From positions 1 to 64,000 of the forward strand of contig JAEYPN010000012.1 in NCBI GenBank assembly GCA_023410715.1: DNA of 64,000 bases. The letters run 5' to 3'. Below the pieces are notes generated by a model. It was given only the letters and a program-made list of their open reading frames with translations. It was not told the origin of the DNA and did not search any database. The first letter of the stretch is position 1; the number at the start of each line of letters is the position of its first letter. Positions 42,812 through 55,275 of this stretch are shown here, piece after piece. The stretch comes from Bacillota bacterium. Lineage in GTDB: Bacteria; Bacillota_I; Bacilli_A; Izemoplasmatales; UBA1188. The translations under genes were made by a program, and so were the position numbers.

Positions 42812-43177
42812 CTATTTCTTTTTATTAGCAACTGTTTTTCTTGGGCCTTTACGTGTACGAGCGTTATTTCTAGTATTTTGTCCGCGAACTGGTAATCCAC
42901 GACGATGACGCATACCACGATAAGATCCAATTTCCATTAAACGTTTAATGTTTAATTGTACTTCTCTTCTTAAGTCGCCTTCTACTTTTATTTTGCTAAC
43001 TTCAGTACGAATTCTACTTAATTCTTCTTCAGTTAAATCTTTAACTCTTGTTTCTTCTGATACTTCAGCATTTTTTAAAATTTCTTTGGCGATGCTGTCA
43101 CCAATTCCATAAATATACGTAAGAGATACGACAATGCGTTTGTCTCTAGGGATATCTATTCCTGCAATACGTGCCAT
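42812..43177 (-). CDS. rpsM: 30S ribosomal protein S13
   Basis: 121 aa with conserved S13 sequence. Confidence 0.96.
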   Translation of the reverse strand: MARIAGIDIPRDKRIVVSLTYIYGIGDSIAKEILKNAEVSEETRVKDLTEEELSRIRTEVSKIKVEGDLRREVQLNIKRLMEIGSYRGMRHRRGLPVRGQNTRNNARTRKGPRKTVANKKK

Positions 43178-43192
43178 GAATGCACCTCCTAA

Positions 43193-43306
43193 TTATCCTT
43201 GTCTTTGTTTATGTTTTGGGTTTTCGCAGATAACCATAACGTTACCATTGCGTTTAATTATTTTGCATTTATCGCAAATTTTCTTTACTGATGGTCTTAC
43301 TTTCAT
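43193..43306 (-). CDS. rpmJ: 50S ribosomal protein L36 (37 aa), not in the ORF track
   Basis: Manual translation gives [37 protein letters not shown], with GGAGG upstream, lying between infA and rpsM. Confidence 0.9.
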   Translation of the reverse strand: MKVRPSVKKICDKCKIIKRNGNVMVICENPKHKQRQG

Positions 43307-43330
43307 ACCAATACCTCCTATGAGTAAAGT

Positions 43331-43552
43331 TTATTTAAATCTATATGTTATTCTCCCACGTGTTAAGTCATAGGTTGATAATTCTATTTTCACTTTATCC
43401 CCTGGTAAAATGCGTATGTTATTCATGCGGATTTTACCAGAAACGTGGCCGAGTACTTTATGGTCGCTATCTTTTAAAGCAACAATAAAGTTTGTGTTTG
43501 GTAATACTTCAACAACTGTACCTTCAAATTCTATAACGTCATTCTTCGCCAT
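43331..43552 (-). CDS. infA: Translation initiation factor IF-1
   Basis: 73 aa with an S1-like OB fold ([12 protein letters not shown]...). Confidence 0.96.
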   Translation of the reverse strand: MAKNDVIEFEGTVVEVLPNTNFIVALKDSDHKVLGHVSGKIRMNNIRILPGDKVKIELSTYDLTRGRITYRFK

Positions 43553-43565
43553 TTAATCTCTCCTT

Positions 43566-44324
43566 TTATAATTTTGTAAGGATTTCATAACCATCATCTG
43601 TTACTAAGACCGTATGTTCAAAATGAGCACTTAAGGAACCATCCGAAGTCACAGTAGTCCATCCATCTTTCAGAACTCTGACTTCTTTTCTTCCCATATT
43701 TATCATTGGTTCGATTGCGATAGTCATTCCTGGTTTTAGAATTAATCCTCTTCCAGGTAATCCAAAGTTAGGGATTGCTGGATCTTCATGCATATCTTTT
43801 CCGATACCATGTCCAGTAAAGTCTCTGACAACACCATATCCGAATTTTTCGGCATATACTTGAACAGCATGGGAAATGTCTGATAAATGATTGTTTGCTT
43901 TAACTTGAGATAATCCTTGGTATAATGATTCCTCAGTCACTTCAAGCAATTTTTTGGCATCATCAGATATTTCGCCGACAGCGTATGTCCATGCGCTATC
44001 GCCATGATATCCCTTGTATATTGCTCCTATATCAACCGATATAATGTCTCCTTCATTTAGTACTTGTTTTTTACTAGGAATTCCATGAACAACCACTTCA
44101 TTAGTGGATGCACAAATACTAGCTGGAAATCCGTTATAACCTTTAAAAGATGGTGTTGCACCCTCTCTTCTAATGAGGTTTTCAACAATTTTATCTAATT
44201 CTTTAGTGGTAATACCTGGTCTAATATGTTTTTTCACTTCGGCGTGAGCCATAGCTACAATTTGACCGGCTTTCCGCATCAGTTCAATTTCTCTTTCTGA
44301 TTTAGTTGTTACCATTTTTTTCAC
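43566..44324 (-). CDS. map: Type I methionine aminopeptidase
   Basis: 252 aa with the metal ligands D, D, H, E, E in conserved contexts. Confidence 0.93.
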   Translation of the reverse strand: MKKMVTTKSEREIELMRKAGQIVAMAHAEVKKHIRPGITTKELDKIVENLIRREGATPSFKGYNGFPASICASTNEVVVHGIPSKKQVLNEGDIISVDIGAIYKGYHGDSAWTYAVGEISDDAKKLLEVTEESLYQGLSQVKANNHLSDISHAVQVYAEKFGYGVVRDFTGHGIGKDMHEDPAIPNFGLPGRGLILKPGMTIAIEPMINMGRKEVRVLKDGWTTVTSDGSLSAHFEHTVLVTDDGYEILTKL

Positions 44325-44961
44325 CTAAAGCCTTAACTATTTTATCGAAGACATCTGTAGATGATTCACTACCATCTATGGTTATAAGTATATGTTTATT
44401 ATTGTAATAATCTAGTAATGGTTTGGTTTTTTCATTATAAATTGAAAGTCTGTTCAACACTGAACTTTCTTCGTCATCTTTACGTTGAATAACCTTTCCA
44501 CCGCAAATATCACAAATTCCTTCTTTTTTTACTGGCTTAAAACTGATATGGTAGGTTGCACCACAGCTTTGACAAACCCTGCGGCCTGCCATTCTTTCAA
44601 GTAATATTTCATCTATAATTTGTACATTTATAACTGCATCTAGTTTTAAATTTAAACCAGCAAGTAGTTTATCTAAAGCTTCAGCTTGTGGAACTGTACG
44701 TGGGTATCCATCAAGCATAAAGCCATCAGGATACTGGTTATTTGTCAATAACTTTTCCACAATTCCATTTGTTATATCATCAGGAACTAAGTTCCCGTCG
44801 TTAATATATTTTTTTGCTATTTGCCCGATGTATGAATCTTTGGCCATTTCTTCCCTATAAATATTACCGGTTGAAATATGAGCTAGATGAAAATACTCGA
44901 TTAATTTTTGAGCCTGTGTACCTTTACCAGCACCAGGTTTGCCCATAATCAATATATTCAC
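44302..44961 (-). CDS. adk: Adenylate kinase
   Basis: It has the P-loop [10 protein letters not shown] and a lid with a Zn-binding CxxC...CxxC. Confidence 0.95.
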   Translation of the reverse strand: MNILIMGKPGAGKGTQAQKLIEYFHLAHISTGNIYREEMAKDSYIGQIAKKYINDGNLVPDDITNGIVEKLLTNNQYPDGFMLDGYPRTVPQAEALDKLLAGLNLKLDAVINVQIIDEILLERMAGRRVCQSCGATYHISFKPVKKEGICDICGGKVIQRKDDEESSVLNRLSIYNEKTKPLLDYYNNKHILITIDGSESSTDVFDKIVKALGEKNGNN

Positions 44962-44978
44962 TATACTACCCTCTTTAT

Positions 44979-46283
44979 TTATTTAATAAAACCTGAATAG
45001 TCTTTATCTTGAACATCCGTTTCAATTTGTCTTGTAGTTTCAATTGCTACACCTACAACGATTAATAATGATGTACCGCCAATTTGAATATATGATGGTA
45101 AACCAAAGATTGCCGTAGCTAGGATTGGTAATGTTGCGATAACGATTAAATATAAAGCACCAACAATTGTTACTTTATATAAAGTTTTTGTTAAATATGC
45201 TTCAGTTTCTGCACCTGGACGCACGCCAGGGATATATGCATTTTGTTTTTGTAAATCTTCAGCAGTCTTATCAGGTTTAATTTGTAAGAAAGTATAGAAG
45301 ATTGAGAATACAAAAATCAATATTATGTATACCACAAAACCAAGTGGACGGTTATAAGTTAATAATTCAGATAACCATAAACCAAATGATGTATTGCTAA
45401 CTGATGGGATGTATTGAAGAATTGTATTTGGAATACTAAGTAATGTTGAAGCAAAAATAACAGGGATTACGCTTGCTGTATTAAGCTTAATTGGGAAGTT
45501 TGAATCAGTACGTCCTTGGAACTTTGCAGCTGCTGGACGATTTGAGTATTGAATAGTAATTTTTCTTACAGCTTGTTCCATAAAGGTAATAGCTACTAAG
45601 ATAATAATAAATACTAATAATACTGCACCTACTATTAAATAACCCTTCCAAGCATAAGTTCCTGATACAATGTAATCTTCTACAAGTGAGATGATTGAGT
45701 TTGGAAAACTAATTAAAATACCGGCAGCAATTAACATTGATGATCCGTTACCAACACCGTGTAAAGTAATTTGATCAGCTAACCACATTGCAAATGCAGT
45801 ACCAGCTGTCATTACTAAAGCGATAAAAGTAAATATTAAGAAGTTTCCTTCATCAATTCCAACAATGAAAATTGCATCAGTAAACGCAAATGACATAGCA
45901 ATTGATTGTGCAAATGCTAAACCAATTGCAACATATCTAGTTAGTTGGTTTAATTTTTGTTTTCCTGTTTCTCCTTCTTCACTCCATTCTTTTAACGGAC
46001 GAATAATATCCATTTGTAAAAGTTGAACAATGATAGAAGCTGTAATGTATGGACTTATACCAAGAGCAATAATGGAATAATTCATTAAGGCATCTCCGGT
46101 AAAAGCATTAACTATTCCTAAGAAGCCTGAATCTGTCCCACTAAATAAAGAAGCTAATACATCTTTGTTAACTAGTGGAATAGTAATTCTTGTTGCTAGT
46201 TTAAAAATTAAAAAGGCAATAAGAGTAAATAAAATTTTCTTCATTACTTCCTTATTTTTAAACACTCTTTTTATAGTGTCCAT
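44979..46283 (-). CDS. secY: Preprotein translocase subunit SecY
   Basis: 434 aa with 10 TM helices, lying between rplO and adk. Confidence 0.96.
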   Translation of the reverse strand: MDTIKRVFKNKEVMKKILFTLIAFLIFKLATRITIPLVNKDVLASLFSGTDSGFLGIVNAFTGDALMNYSIIALGISPYITASIIVQLLQMDIIRPLKEWSEEGETGKQKLNQLTRYVAIGLAFAQSIAMSFAFTDAIFIVGIDEGNFLIFTFIALVMTAGTAFAMWLADQITLHGVGNGSSMLIAAGILISFPNSIISLVEDYIVSGTYAWKGYLIVGAVLLVFIIILVAITFMEQAVRKITIQYSNRPAAAKFQGRTDSNFPIKLNTASVIPVIFASTLLSIPNTILQYIPSVSNTSFGLWLSELLTYNRPLGFVVYIILIFVFSIFYTFLQIKPDKTAEDLQKQNAYIPGVRPGAETEAYLTKTLYKVTIVGALYLIVIATLPILATAIFGLPSYIQIGGTSLLIVVGVAIETTRQIETDVQDKDYSGFIK

Positions 46284-46723
46284 TAAATCACCTCGATGGT
46301 TCCGCCAGCTGTTTCAATTTTAGCTTTAGCTGATTCAGTAAATTTGTGTGCATTAACTGTTAATTTAACTGTTAATTCACCGTTTCCTAATACTTTTAAA
46401 CCAGATTTAATGCCTTTAATTTTTCCGTCCTTCAATAATAATTCTGGATTAACAACTGTTCCTTCTTGATAAGTGTTTAAATCACTAACATTAACAGTTG
46501 CATATTCCTTTCTAAAAAAATTTGTAAATCCTCTCTTAGGAAGACGTTTGAAAAGAGGAGTTTGACCGCCTTCAAATCCAAGACGAACGCCACCACCACT
46601 ACGAGAGTTTTGTCCTTTTTGTCCTCTACCAGATGTTTTTCCTAAACCGCTACCGCAGCCACGACCAACACGTTTCTTGTAATGAGTGCAGCCTTCAGTT
46701 GGTTGTAATTCATGTAATTTCAT
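46283..46723 (-). CDS. rplO: 50S ribosomal protein L15
   Basis: 146 aa with a Gly-rich N-terminus. Confidence 0.95.
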   Translation of the reverse strand: MKLHELQPTEGCTHYKKRVGRGCGSGLGKTSGRGQKGQNSRSGGGVRLGFEGGQTPLFKRLPKRGFTNFFRKEYATVNVSDLNTYQEGTVVNPELLLKDGKIKGIKSGLKVLGNGELTVKLTVNAHKFTESAKAKIETAGGTIEVI

Positions 46724-46734
46724 TTAGGCACCTC

Positions 46735-46908
46735 CTATATTTCTTTAACTTCTACTAAGTGAGAAATAGTTTTAATCATTCCTCTAACAACTTCATTGTC
46801 TTCTTTAACAACTACTTGTTGAGTTTTCTTTAGTCCAAGTGCTTCTGCTGTTTTCTTTTGATTTGGTTTAGCAGCTATTGTTGATTTAACTAATTTAATC
46901 TCTAACAT
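46735..46908 (-). CDS. rpmD: 50S ribosomal protein L30 (57 aa), not in the ORF track
   Basis: Manual translation gives [57 protein letters not shown]. Its ATG overlaps the rpsE TAA stop (TAATG). Confidence 0.88.
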   Translation of the reverse strand: MLEIKLVKSTIAAKPNQKKTAEALGLKKTQQVVVKEDNEVVRGMIKTISHLVEVKEI

Positions 46909-47456
46909 TATTTAAGCACCTCTTTTGGTGTTAAACCGCGCATTTCTGCAACTTCTTCAACACTTCTTAATACTTGTAATCCTTGGGCAGTAGCTCTAAC
47001 CATGTTAATTGGTGTAGATGAACCTAAAGATTTACTTAATACATCTTGAACACCTGCAAGTTCTAGTACAGCACGAACAGGTCCTCCGGCAATAATACCA
47101 GTTCCTTCAACAGCTGGTTTTAAGAAAACTTCTCCAGCTCCGTAACGACCAGTTACTTGATGAGGAATTGTTGTTCCATACATAGGAACCTTAAATAAAT
47201 TCTTTTTAGCATCTTCAACTGCTTTCTTAATAGCATCTGGAACTTCAAGAGCTTTACCAGTACCAAATCCAACAGTACCTTTATGATCGCCAACAACTAC
47301 TAAAGCACTAAAACGGAAACGTCTACCGCCTTTTACAACCTTAGTAACACGATTGATGCCAACAACCTTTTCATCATACATTTTTTCTTCTTTAACTTTT
47401 TTAAAGTTTGTACGATCAGGTCTTTCTTGTACTTGTTTTTTATTATCTTGTTGCAT
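46908..47456 (-). CDS. rpsE: 30S ribosomal protein S5
   Basis: 182 aa; conserved residues from [19 protein letters not shown] onward. The N-terminal K/E-rich extension is lineage-specific, and the true start may be internal. Confidence 0.93.
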   Translation of the reverse strand: MQQDNKKQVQERPDRTNFKKVKEEKMYDEKVVGINRVTKVVKGGRRFRFSALVVVGDHKGTVGFGTGKALEVPDAIKKAVEDAKKNLFKVPMYGTTIPHQVTGRYGAGEVFLKPAVEGTGIIAGGPVRAVLELAGVQDVLSKSLGSSTPINMVRATAQGLQVLRSVEEVAEMRGLTPKEVLK

Positions 47457-47470
47457 CTGATATCCTCCTT

Positions 47471-47821
47471 CTAAAACTCAAGTCCTGCTTCACGAGCAGC
47501 TTCAGCTAATGCTTTTACTCTACCATGATATAAATAACCACCACGGTCGAATACTACATTTTTTATACCTTTTTCAATGGCTTTTGTAGCAACAAGTTTT
47601 CCAACTTCTTGAGCAGCTACAACGTTACCACCGTAAGTTAAATCTTTTGAAGAAGCACTGACTAATGTCACGCCCTTTATGTCATCAATGATTTGTGCAT
47701 AAATATTTGCATTAGATCTGAAAACACAAAGACGTGGTTTTTGAGTAGTACCAGATATGTGATTTCTTATACGAGCATGTCTTTTTTGACGTGCTTCATT
47801 ACGATTTTCATTTTTTACCAT
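47471..47821 (-). CDS. rplR: 50S ribosomal protein L18
   Basis: 116 aa with conserved L18 sequence. Confidence 0.95.
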   Translation of the reverse strand: MVKNENRNEARQKRHARIRNHISGTTQKPRLCVFRSNANIYAQIIDDIKGVTLVSASSKDLTYGGNVVAAQEVGKLVATKAIEKGIKNVVFDRGGYLYHGRVKALAEAAREAGLEF

Positions 47822-47836
47822 AATTATTCACCTCTA

Positions 47837-48382
47837 CTACTTCTTAGCAGTTTTTCCTTCCTTATGACGAACATGTTCACCTTTATAACGAATACCTTTA
47901 CCAAGATATGGTTCAGGTTCACGTACGCCTCTAATTTCGGCAGCAAATTCGCCAACTAATTGTTTATCCATTCCTTTAACAACAATTTCGATGTTGTTAG
48001 GTACTTCTACTTGAAGACCTTTAGGAATGCTTAATTCTACTGGATTAGAGTAACCAGCATTAACTACTAATGTGTTACCACCTTTTAATTGAGCACGGTA
48101 ACCAACACCTTTAATCTCTAATTCTTTCTTAAAGCCTTCACTTACACCTACTACCATGTTATTAATTAACGCACGAGTAGTACCGTGAATTGTTCTATGC
48201 CATTGAGAATCAGATGGTCTTGATACCAATACTTTATTATCAGCAGAATCGATAGTCAATTCATGATTAAAAGTATATTCTAATGATCCTTTAGGACCTT
48301 TAACAACAACATGATTATTGCTATCTACAGTAACCGTTACACCTTCTGGTAGGGTAACAGGCTTTCTACCAACTCGACTCAT
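47837..48382 (-). CDS. rplF: 50S ribosomal protein L6
   Basis: 181 aa beginning MSRVGRKPV. Confidence 0.96.
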   Translation of the reverse strand: MSRVGRKPVTLPEGVTVTVDSNNHVVVKGPKGSLEYTFNHELTIDSADNKVLVSRPSDSQWHRTIHGTTRALINNMVVGVSEGFKKELEIKGVGYRAQLKGGNTLVVNAGYSNPVELSIPKGLQVEVPNNIEIVVKGMDKQLVGEFAAEIRGVREPEPYLGKGIRYKGEHVRHKEGKTAKK

Positions 48383-48400
48383 TTTTATAATCCTCCTGTT

Positions 48401-48805
48401 TTACCAAATATAGGCAACAATTTCGCCGCCAACTTGTTGTTTTCTTGCTTCTCTATCAGTCATAATTCCACTAGATGTTGAAATAATTGCAATTCCTAAA
48501 CCATTTAACACTTTTGGAAGTTCTTCAGATTTTGCATAAACGCGTAAGCCTGGTTTTGATATTCTTTTTAAGCCTTTAATGACTCTTTCATTATTCTTTA
48601 AATATTTTAATGAAACACGTAAAATTTCTTGAGGGTTTCTTTCTTCTTTAATTTCAGTATAGCCACCAATGTAACCTTCGTTTTTCATTACATTAAGAAT
48701 TTCTTTTTTAACTTTTGATGATGGAACATCAACAGTTTCATGCTTCATTGTGTTTGCGTTTCTGATACGTGTTAGCATATCAGCAATTGGGTCTGTCATT
48801 ACCAT
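48401..48805 (-). CDS. rpsH: 30S ribosomal protein S8
   Basis: It begins [18 protein letters not shown]. Confidence 0.96.
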   Translation of the reverse strand: MVMTDPIADMLTRIRNANTMKHETVDVPSSKVKKEILNVMKNEGYIGGYTEIKEERNPQEILRVSLKYLKNNERVIKGLKRISKPGLRVYAKSEELPKVLNGLGIAIISTSSGIMTDREARKQQVGGEIVAYIW

Positions 48806-48818
48806 ATAAATGCCTCCT

Positions 48819-49004
48819 CTACCAACTTGCTTTTCTAACGCCTGGTATTTGCCCTTTATAAGCTAGTTCACGGAAACAAATACGGCATAATTTAAATTTA
48901 CGATAAACTGAATGTGGTCTTCCACAACGTTCACATCTTGTATATTCACGAACTTTAAATTTTTGTGGTCTTTTACTTTTAACTATTAATGATGTTTTTG
49001 CCAT
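48819..49004 (-). CDS. rpsN: 30S ribosomal protein S14, type Z (zinc-binding)
   Basis: 61 aa with CERCGRPH...CRICFRE. Confidence 0.95.
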   Translation of the reverse strand: MAKTSLIVKSKRPQKFKVREYTRCERCGRPHSVYRKFKLCRICFRELAYKGQIPGVRKASW

Positions 49005-49019
49005 AATATATCTCCTTTC

Positions 49020-49559
49020 CTACTTTTTAAAAGGCATTCCCAAAGCTTTTAGTAATTCAAAAGCCTCGTTATCTGTCTTCGCAGTTGTTACCATTACGAT
49101 ATCCATACCACGAACCTTGTTAACTTTGTCAAAGTTAATTTCTGGGAATATCAATTGTTCTTTGACACCTAATGTATAATTACCTCTTCCATCAAAGGCT
49201 TTAGAAGAGACGCCTCTAAAATCACGAACACGAGGTAACCCAATCGTAAATAATTTGTCCATAAACTCATACATTCTTTCGCCACGTAAAGTAACCTTGC
49301 AACCAATGGCCATACCTTCACGAAGTTTAAAACCAGCGATTGATTTCTTTGCGTGAGTAACAACAGGTTTTTGTCCAGAAATTTGTGTTAATTCGCTAAC
49401 AGCGTCATCTAACACTTTTGGATTTGCAACTGCATCACCAACACCAAGATTAATTACTATTTTTGCTAGTTTAGGACATTGCATTACTGAAGTATAGTTG
49501 AATTTCTTAACTAATTCGCCTTGAACTTCATTTAAATATTTTTCTTGTAAACGATTCAT
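49020..49559 (-). CDS. rplE: 50S ribosomal protein L5
   Basis: 179 aa with conserved L5 sequence. Confidence 0.96.
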   Translation of the reverse strand: MNRLQEKYLNEVQGELVKKFNYTSVMQCPKLAKIVINLGVGDAVANPKVLDDAVSELTQISGQKPVVTHAKKSIAGFKLREGMAIGCKVTLRGERMYEFMDKLFTIGLPRVRDFRGVSSKAFDGRGNYTLGVKEQLIFPEINFDKVNKVRGMDIVMVTTAKTDNEAFELLKALGMPFKK

Positions 49560-49578
49560 ATTTTTCTATCCTTCCTGC

Positions 49579-49920
49579 CTATAGTATCTCGCCAGATTTT
49601 TTTGCATATCTAACTTTTTTAACTTCTTCAACGTTAGTCTTTTTATTTTTCTCAGTAACTGTCTTATAGCCAACTTTTGTTGGTTTGCCAGTCTTTGGAT
49701 CAACTAACATAACGTTTGATACATGAATTGGACGATCAACTGTAACAATTCCGCCATCAGGGTTGCTTTGAGATGGTTTCATATGTTTTTTATTTTTCTT
49801 AATTGTGTCTCCTTGTAGAAGAACACGTTCACTTTTTGGTAATGTACGTAAAATTGTTCCTTGTTGGCCTTTATTTTCACCAGCAATAACAACTACTTTA
49901 TCGCCTTTTTTAAGTTTCAT
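49579..49920 (-). CDS. rplX: 50S ribosomal protein L24
   Basis: 113 aa with a KOW motif. Confidence 0.95.
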   Translation of the reverse strand: MKLKKGDKVVVIAGENKGQQGTILRTLPKSERVLLQGDTIKKNKKHMKPSQSNPDGGIVTVDRPIHVSNVMLVDPKTGKPTKVGYKTVTEKNKKTNVEEVKKVRYAKKSGEIL

Positions 49921-49935
49921 CTTTTTTTCCTCCTC

Positions 49936-50304
49936 TTATAGAACTTCTGGAGCTAATGATACGATTTTTAGGAAGTCTAAATCACGTAATTCTCTAGCAA
50001 CAGGTCCAAATATACGAGTTCCACGAGGGCTCTTGTCTTCTTTAACGATTACAGCGGCATTATCATCAAATTTGATATATGATCCGTCTGCACGTCTAAT
50101 TTCTTTTGTAGTTCTAACTATTACCGCTTTAACTACTTCACCTTTTTTAACCATACCGCCTGGTGTAGCAGATTTTACAGTTGCAACGATGATATCACCG
50201 ATTGTCGCATATCTTCTTCTAGTACCGCCTAAAACCTTTATTGTTAGAATTTCACGGGCACCAGAATTATCTGCTATTTTTAATCTAGTTTCTGTTTGAA
50301 TCAT
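49936..50304 (-). CDS. rplN: 50S ribosomal protein L14
   Basis: It begins [16 protein letters not shown]. Confidence 0.97.
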   Translation of the reverse strand: MIQTETRLKIADNSGAREILTIKVLGGTRRRYATIGDIIVATVKSATPGGMVKKGEVVKAVIVRTTKEIRRADGSYIKFDDNAAVIVKEDKSPRGTRIFGPVARELRDLDFLKIVSLAPEVL

Positions 50305-50319
50305 AATTCATACCCCCGT

Positions 50320-50580
50320 TTATAATTCAACTTTGGCTTCAACAATTTCAAGTAAACGGAATCTTTTAAGTTTAGATAGTGGTCTTGTTTCCATAATCTT
50401 AACTACATCACCGATTTTTGCTTGATTGTTTTCGTCATGTGCTGTAAATTTCTTTGAAGTCATAACTCTTTTTCCATAAAGAGGATGAATTTTGTACGTT
50501 TTTACAAGTACAGTTATCGTTTTTTCGCATTTGTCAGAAACTACTGTTCCAACTAAGACTTTTCTTTTATTACGTTCCAT
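50320..50580 (-). CDS. rpsQ: 30S ribosomal protein S17
   Basis: 86 aa with conserved S17 sequence. Confidence 0.95.
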   Translation of the reverse strand: MERNKRKVLVGTVVSDKCEKTITVLVKTYKIHPLYGKRVMTSKKFTAHDENNQAKIGDVVKIMETRPLSKLKRFRLLEIVEAKVEL

Positions 50581-50590
50581 AATTTCCTCC

Positions 50591-50797
50591 TTAGTCTGCT
50601 CTCTCGTTTAAAATGGTTTTAAAACGAGCGATAGCTTTTTTGATTTTACCGATGCTAGCTGTATCTTCTAACTGACCAATAGCATGTTTAAAGCGAAGGT
50701 CAAATAATTCTTTTTTAAGATTTTCAATTTCAACATTGATTTGTTCAGAATCAAGTTTACGCATTTCATTAATATTAACTTTCACTAACTTCACCAC
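50591..50797 (-). CDS. rpmC: 50S ribosomal protein L29
   Basis: 68 aa; overlaps the rplP 3' end. Confidence 0.93.
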   Translation of the reverse strand: MVKLVKVNINEMRKLDSEQINVEIENLKKELFDLRFKHAIGQLEDTASIGKIKKAIARFKTILNERAD

Positions 50798-51218
50798 TTT
50801 CTTGGCCTAACGATGCTTTTGTAACGAATTTAGTTTTGATTGGTAATTTGTGTGCTGCAAGTCTTAATGCTTCTTTAGCAACTTCTTCAGATACACCATC
50901 AATTTCAAACATTACTAAACCTTTTTTTACTACTGCAACATATGTTTCTGGAGCACCTTTACCAGAACCCATACGAACTTCTAGAGGCTTTTTAGTTTTT
51001 GCTAAATGAGGGAATATTTTAATCCATACTTGACCAGTACGTTTCATATATCTTGTCATCGCAACACGGGCTGCCTCGATTTGACGGTTATTAATCCAAG
51101 CTCCTTCAAGAGCTTCTAGACCATATGAACCAAAAACAATTCTTGTACCACTTTTAGATACACCTTCATAACTTACTCTATGAGGGCGTCTATATTTTGT
51201 TCTCTTTGGCATTAACAT
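50775..51218 (-). CDS. rplP: 50S ribosomal protein L16
   Basis: It begins [11 protein letters not shown]. Confidence 0.96.
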   Translation of the reverse strand: MLMPKRTKYRRPHRVSYEGVSKSGTRIVFGSYGLEALEGAWINNRQIEAARVAMTRYMKRTGQVWIKIFPHLAKTKKPLEVRMGSGKGAPETYVAVVKKGLVMFEIDGVSEEVAKEALRLAAHKLPIKTKFVTKASLGQESGEVSES

Positions 51219-51220
51219 AG

Positions 51221-51868
51221 TTATTTGCCCTCCTTCTTAGTTGGTAAAACTTCTCCTTTGTAAATCCATACTTTAACGCCTAATTTACCATATGTTGTAT
51301 CTGCTTCTGCAGCTGCATAATCGATATCAGCTCTTAATGTATGTAGAGGAACGTTACCTTCATTGTATCCTTCGCTACGTGCCATTTCAGCACCTGCTAA
51401 ACGTCCTGAGATTAAAGTTTTGCAACCTTTAGCGCCAGATTTTAAAGCTCTTTGAATTGCAACTTTTTGAACACGTCTAAATGATGCACGGTTTTCTAAT
51501 TGTTGAGCAATGTTTCTAGCAACTAGAAGAGCATCTAATTCTGGACGTCTGATTTCTTGAACGTTTAAGAATACTTCTTTACTTGTTAATTTTTTAAGTT
51601 TTTCAACAACTTCTTTTTTGATTGCGCCATCACGACCGATAACCATACCAGGTTTAGCGGTGAAAACTGTGATTACTACGCGATTTTTGCTTCTTTCAAT
51701 CTTAATTTTTGATACAGATGAGTTTGCATATAATTCTTCTAAGAGACTACGAATCTTGAGGTCTTCTTGTAATAAATCAGCAACACTTTTTTTATCTGCA
51801 TACCAACGAGCGTCCCAGTCACGAATAATACCAAGACGAAGTCCGACTGGACTAACTTTTTGACCCAT
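51221..51868 (-). CDS. rpsC: 30S ribosomal protein S3
   Basis: It begins [13 protein letters not shown] and has a KH domain. Confidence 0.97.
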   Translation of the reverse strand: MGQKVSPVGLRLGIIRDWDARWYADKKSVADLLQEDLKIRSLLEELYANSSVSKIKIERSKNRVVITVFTAKPGMVIGRDGAIKKEVVEKLKKLTSKEVFLNVQEIRRPELDALLVARNIAQQLENRASFRRVQKVAIQRALKSGAKGCKTLISGRLAGAEMARSEGYNEGNVPLHTLRADIDYAAAEADTTYGKLGVKVWIYKGEVLPTKKEGK

Positions 51869-51881
51869 TACTTAATTCCTC

Positions 51882-52217
51882 CTATTCTCTTTCTGCCACA
51901 GTAACTGTAATGTGGCTAGTTCTTTTTAAAATTGCAAATCCACGGCCTTGAGAGTGTGGTTGCATTCTCTTTAGAGTTTTTCCTTCGTTAACGAAGATTT
52001 CTTTTACATACAACTTTTCCATATTCATACTATAATTATGATCAGCGTTTGCTACTGCTGACTTTAAGACTTTTTCAACAACTGGTGAAGCGCCTCTTGC
52101 AGTATTTCTTAATATTGCAAATGCTTCTCCGACGTTTTTACCTCTAATTAAATCGACTACTAGTCTAACCTTTCGAGGAGCAATACGTACGGTATTTACA
52201 TGTGCTTTAGATTCCAT
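51882..52217 (-). CDS. rplV: 50S ribosomal protein L22
   Basis: 111 aa with conserved L22 sequence. Confidence 0.95.
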   Translation of the reverse strand: MESKAHVNTVRIAPRKVRLVVDLIRGKNVGEAFAILRNTARGASPVVEKVLKSAVANADHNYSMNMEKLYVKEIFVNEGKTLKRMQPHSQGRGFAILKRTSHITVTVAERE

Positions 52218-52228
52218 TTTTTCTCCTC

Positions 52229-52504
52229 CTACTTAGTTACTTTCTCGTCTTTGTTATGACCACGGTAAGTACGTGTTGGAGCGAACTCTCCTAATTTATG
52301 ACCTACCATATCTTCGGTAATATATACTGGAATATGCTCTTTTCCATTGTGTACGCCGATTGTTAAGCCAACAAAATTAGGGAATACTGTTGAACGTCTT
52401 GACCATGTTTGAATAACTTTTTTACTTTTTGATGCATTCATATCTTCGACTTTTTTCATTAAGTGTTCATCACAGAATGGACCTTTTTTAATTGAACGTG
52501 ACAT
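52229..52504 (-). CDS. rpsS: 30S ribosomal protein S19
   Basis: It begins [10 protein letters not shown]. Confidence 0.97.
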   Translation of the reverse strand: MSRSIKKGPFCDEHLMKKVEDMNASKSKKVIQTWSRRSTVFPNFVGLTIGVHNGKEHIPVYITEDMVGHKLGEFAPTRTYRGHNKDEKVTK

Positions 52505-52524
52505 TTATTGAGTTCCTCCTTTCA

Positions 52525-53355
52525 CTATTTGTCTCTTCTTCTAACAATTAAATCATTGCTAGCTTTTTTGTGTTTACGTGTTTTAAAACCAAGAGCTGGT
52601 TTACCCCAAGGAGTAAGTGGAGATGGATGACCGATTGGTTGTTTACCTTCACCACCACCATGAGGATGGTCTACTGGGTTCATAACTGAACCACGTACTG
52701 TAGGTCTAACACCCATATGGCGAACGCGACCTGCTTTACCTAAATTAACTAATTCATAGAATTCGTTACCAACTACACCAACAGTTGCACGGCAAACGCC
52801 TAAAATTCTTCTAACTTCGCCAGATGTTAATCTAACTAGTACATATTTTTCTTCACGGCCTAAAATTTGAGCAGAAGCACCTGCGCTCCTTACAAGTTGT
52901 CCGCCGCGGCCTGGACTAAGTTCAATGTTGTGTACTAAAGTACCAACTGGAATATTCATTAGTGGTAAAGCATTACCAACTTTAATATCCGCATCTACAC
53001 CAGAAACGATTTCCATTCCTACTGTTAAGTCCTTTGGTGCAATAATATATCTTTTTTCACCATCAGCATATACTATTAATGCAATATTTGCTGATCTATT
53101 TGGATCGTATTCAATAGTTGTTACGCGTCCAATGATACCATCTTTATCTCTCTTGAAATCTATAATACGGTATTTTCTCTTAGCTCCGCCACCTTGATGA
53201 CGAACTGTAAGTTTACCTTGGTTATTACGGCCACCGTTACTTTTTAGTGTTACAAGAAGAGATTTTTCTGGCTTGTCAGTAGTTAGTTCTTTATAATCAA
53301 GTACTGACATGTTTCGCAAACCATTTGTTATTGGTTTATACTTTCTTATAGCCAT
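52525..53355 (-). CDS. rplB: 50S ribosomal protein L2
   Basis: 276 aa with conserved L2 sequence, including the GGG...HPHGGGEG segment. Confidence 0.97.
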   Translation of the reverse strand: MAIRKYKPITNGLRNMSVLDYKELTTDKPEKSLLVTLKSNGGRNNQGKLTVRHQGGGAKRKYRIIDFKRDKDGIIGRVTTIEYDPNRSANIALIVYADGEKRYIIAPKDLTVGMEIVSGVDADIKVGNALPLMNIPVGTLVHNIELSPGRGGQLVRSAGASAQILGREEKYVLVRLTSGEVRRILGVCRATVGVVGNEFYELVNLGKAGRVRHMGVRPTVRGSVMNPVDHPHGGGEGKQPIGHPSPLTPWGKPALGFKTRKHKKASNDLIVRRRDK

Positions 53356-53369
53356 TGTTTTCCTCCTAA

Positions 53370-53651
53370 TTAAGCTGAATAAATTTCAATCTTATTGCCT
53401 TCAGCTAATGTAACAATTGCTTTTGATACAGCTGGTGCAAAACCACTGTGTTGGCCAACTCTCTTAGCTTTTGCAATTTCGTTTATTACGTTAACCTTGA
53501 CAACTGATACATTAAACAATTTTTCGATTGCTTCTTTTATTTCTTGCTTATTTGCATTCTTGTCTACTTCAAAGGTATATTTTCCTTTTTCAACAAGTTT
53601 CATTGTTTTTTCTGTAATGATTGGGCGCTTAACGATTTGATAAATTTCCAT
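53370..53651 (-). CDS. rplW: 50S ribosomal protein L23
   Basis: 93 aa with conserved L23 sequence. Confidence 0.95.
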   Translation of the reverse strand: MEIYQIVKRPIITEKTMKLVEKGKYTFEVDKNANKQEIKEAIEKLFNVSVVKVNVINEIAKAKRVGQHSGFAPAVSKAIVTLAEGNKIEIYSA

Positions 53652-54274
53652 TATTCTAGTGCCTCCTCAAATTCTTTAACAACATCTTCAGTTGTTAAGA
53701 TGAAATTACTGTTTAACATTTCATATACACTTGCATGTTCACGAACAGTAGTTTGTACACCTTCGATGTTTCTTGCAGAAATTTCAATTTTTTCATCATG
53801 TTCAGGTAATACTACTAATACTTTACCTTGAACATTAACGTTCTTTAATACTTCAACCATTGTTTTAGTTTTAATTTCTTCAAAAACTAATTTATCTAAA
53901 ACAACAAATTTATTTTCAGTTACTTTTTCTGATAATGCTATTTTGATCGCAAGTCTGCGAACTTTTTTGTTAAGCTTCATACTGTAATCTCTTGGAGTCG
54001 TTCCAAAAGCAACACCACCACCTACATAGTGAGGAGCTGTAATAGATCCTTGGCGGGCATTACCAGTTCCTTTTTGACGATATGGCTTACGACCACCGCC
54101 AGAAACCTCCGCACGTGTTTTTGTTTTATGAGTACCATGACGCATAGCAGCTCTTTGAGCTCTTACGACATCATAAATAACTTGTTCGTTTGGTTCAACA
54201 GCAAACACTGAATCTTTTAATTCAATTTCTCCAACAGTTTGACCAGCTTGATTTAACAATGCTAATTTAGGCAT
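53651..54274 (-). CDS. rplD: 50S ribosomal protein L4
   Basis: Conserved L4 sequence. Start re-assigned to MPKLALL after AAAGGAGG-N7; the track ATG lies inside the RBS. Confidence 0.95.
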   Translation of the reverse strand: MPKLALLNQAGQTVGEIELKDSVFAVEPNEQVIYDVVRAQRAAMRHGTHKTKTRAEVSGGGRKPYRQKGTGNARQGSITAPHYVGGGVAFGTTPRDYSMKLNKKVRRLAIKIALSEKVTENKFVVLDKLVFEEIKTKTMVEVLKNVNVQGKVLVVLPEHDEKIEISARNIEGVQTTVREHASVYEMLNSNFILTTEDVVKEFEEALE

Positions 54275-54311
54275 AGCAGGTCCTCCTTTCATTGATATTC
54301 ATATCTAGTGT

Positions 54312-54947
54312 TTATTTCTTATTTTTTTTAACTGCATCTCTAATAACAACTAGAGACTTGTTTGCGCCTGGAACATTACCTCTAATAAGGATGATATTTC
54401 TTTCAACATCAACACTTACAACTTTTAGGTTTTGGATTGTTGTAGTTTCTTGTCCCATTCTACTTGGTAAAATTTTACCTTTAAGGATTCTATTTGCCGC
54501 AATTGAGCCCATTGATCCTGTACCTCTATGATACTTTGAACCATGTCCCATTGGGCCTGTATGCCAGTTTAATAATTTGATAACACCTGCATATCCTTTA
54601 CCTTTGGATTTGCCTGTTACGTCTACTATGTCACCAGCTTTGAAAATATCAGCTTTAACCTCTTGACCTACTTCAAAATTTTGTAATTCATCTTCTGTGA
54701 ATTCTCTTAAGTAGCGCTTAGGTGCCGTGTTAGCTTTCTTTGCATGCCCGATTTCAGACTTGTTAGCTAAATTTTCTCTTTTATCCATGAATCCTAATTG
54801 TACTGAAACATATCCATCTGTTTCAACTGTTTTCTTTTGCATTACAACGTTTGGCGTAACTAATACTACTGTTACAGGAACAAGTACACCTTCTGTTGTA
54901 AATACTTGAGTCATTCCAATTTTTCTTCCTAAGATACCTTTGGCCAT
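54312..54947 (-). CDS. rplC: 50S ribosomal protein L3
   Basis: It begins [16 protein letters not shown]. Confidence 0.97.
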   Translation of the reverse strand: MAKGILGRKIGMTQVFTTEGVLVPVTVVLVTPNVVMQKKTVETDGYVSVQLGFMDKRENLANKSEIGHAKKANTAPKRYLREFTEDELQNFEVGQEVKADIFKAGDIVDVTGKSKGKGYAGVIKLLNWHTGPMGHGSKYHRGTGSMGSIAANRILKGKILPSRMGQETTTIQNLKVVSVDVERNIILIRGNVPGANKSLVVIRDAVKKNKK

Positions 54948-54966
54948 GAGTACACCTCCTATTTAA

Positions 54967-55275
54967 TTATTTTAATACAATGTCAACACCTGATGGTAAA
55001 TCTAGGTGCATTAGCGCATCAATTGTTTGCGCTGTTGGTGAAACAATATCAATAAGACGTTTATGTGTGCGTCTTTCAAATTGTTCACGTGAATCCTTGT
55101 TTACGAATGGTGAACGCAAAACTGTGAACACCTCTTTTTCTGTTGGTAGTGGAACTGGACCAGATACTTTTGCACCTGTCTTTTTCGCAGTATCAACAAT
55201 TTTCTTAGCTGATTGATCTAATAATCTGTGATCATAAGATTTCAATCTGATTCTAATAACTTGATTCGTTGCCAT
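54967..55275 (-). CDS. rpsJ: 30S ribosomal protein S10
   Basis: Conserved S10 sequence ([12 protein letters not shown]...). Start re-assigned to MATNQ after AAAGGAGG-ATAAT. Confidence 0.96.
   Translation of the reverse strand: MATNQVIRIRLKSYDHRLLDQSAKKIVDTAKKTGAKVSGPVPLPTEKEVFTVLRSPFVNKDSREQFERRTHKRLIDIVSPTAQTIDALMHLDLPSGVDIVLK

Noticed and set aside
49805-50299. 164-aa plus-strand ORF opposite rplX and rplN
   Set aside because: It is antisense to two highly conserved ribosomal protein genes and has no independent support.
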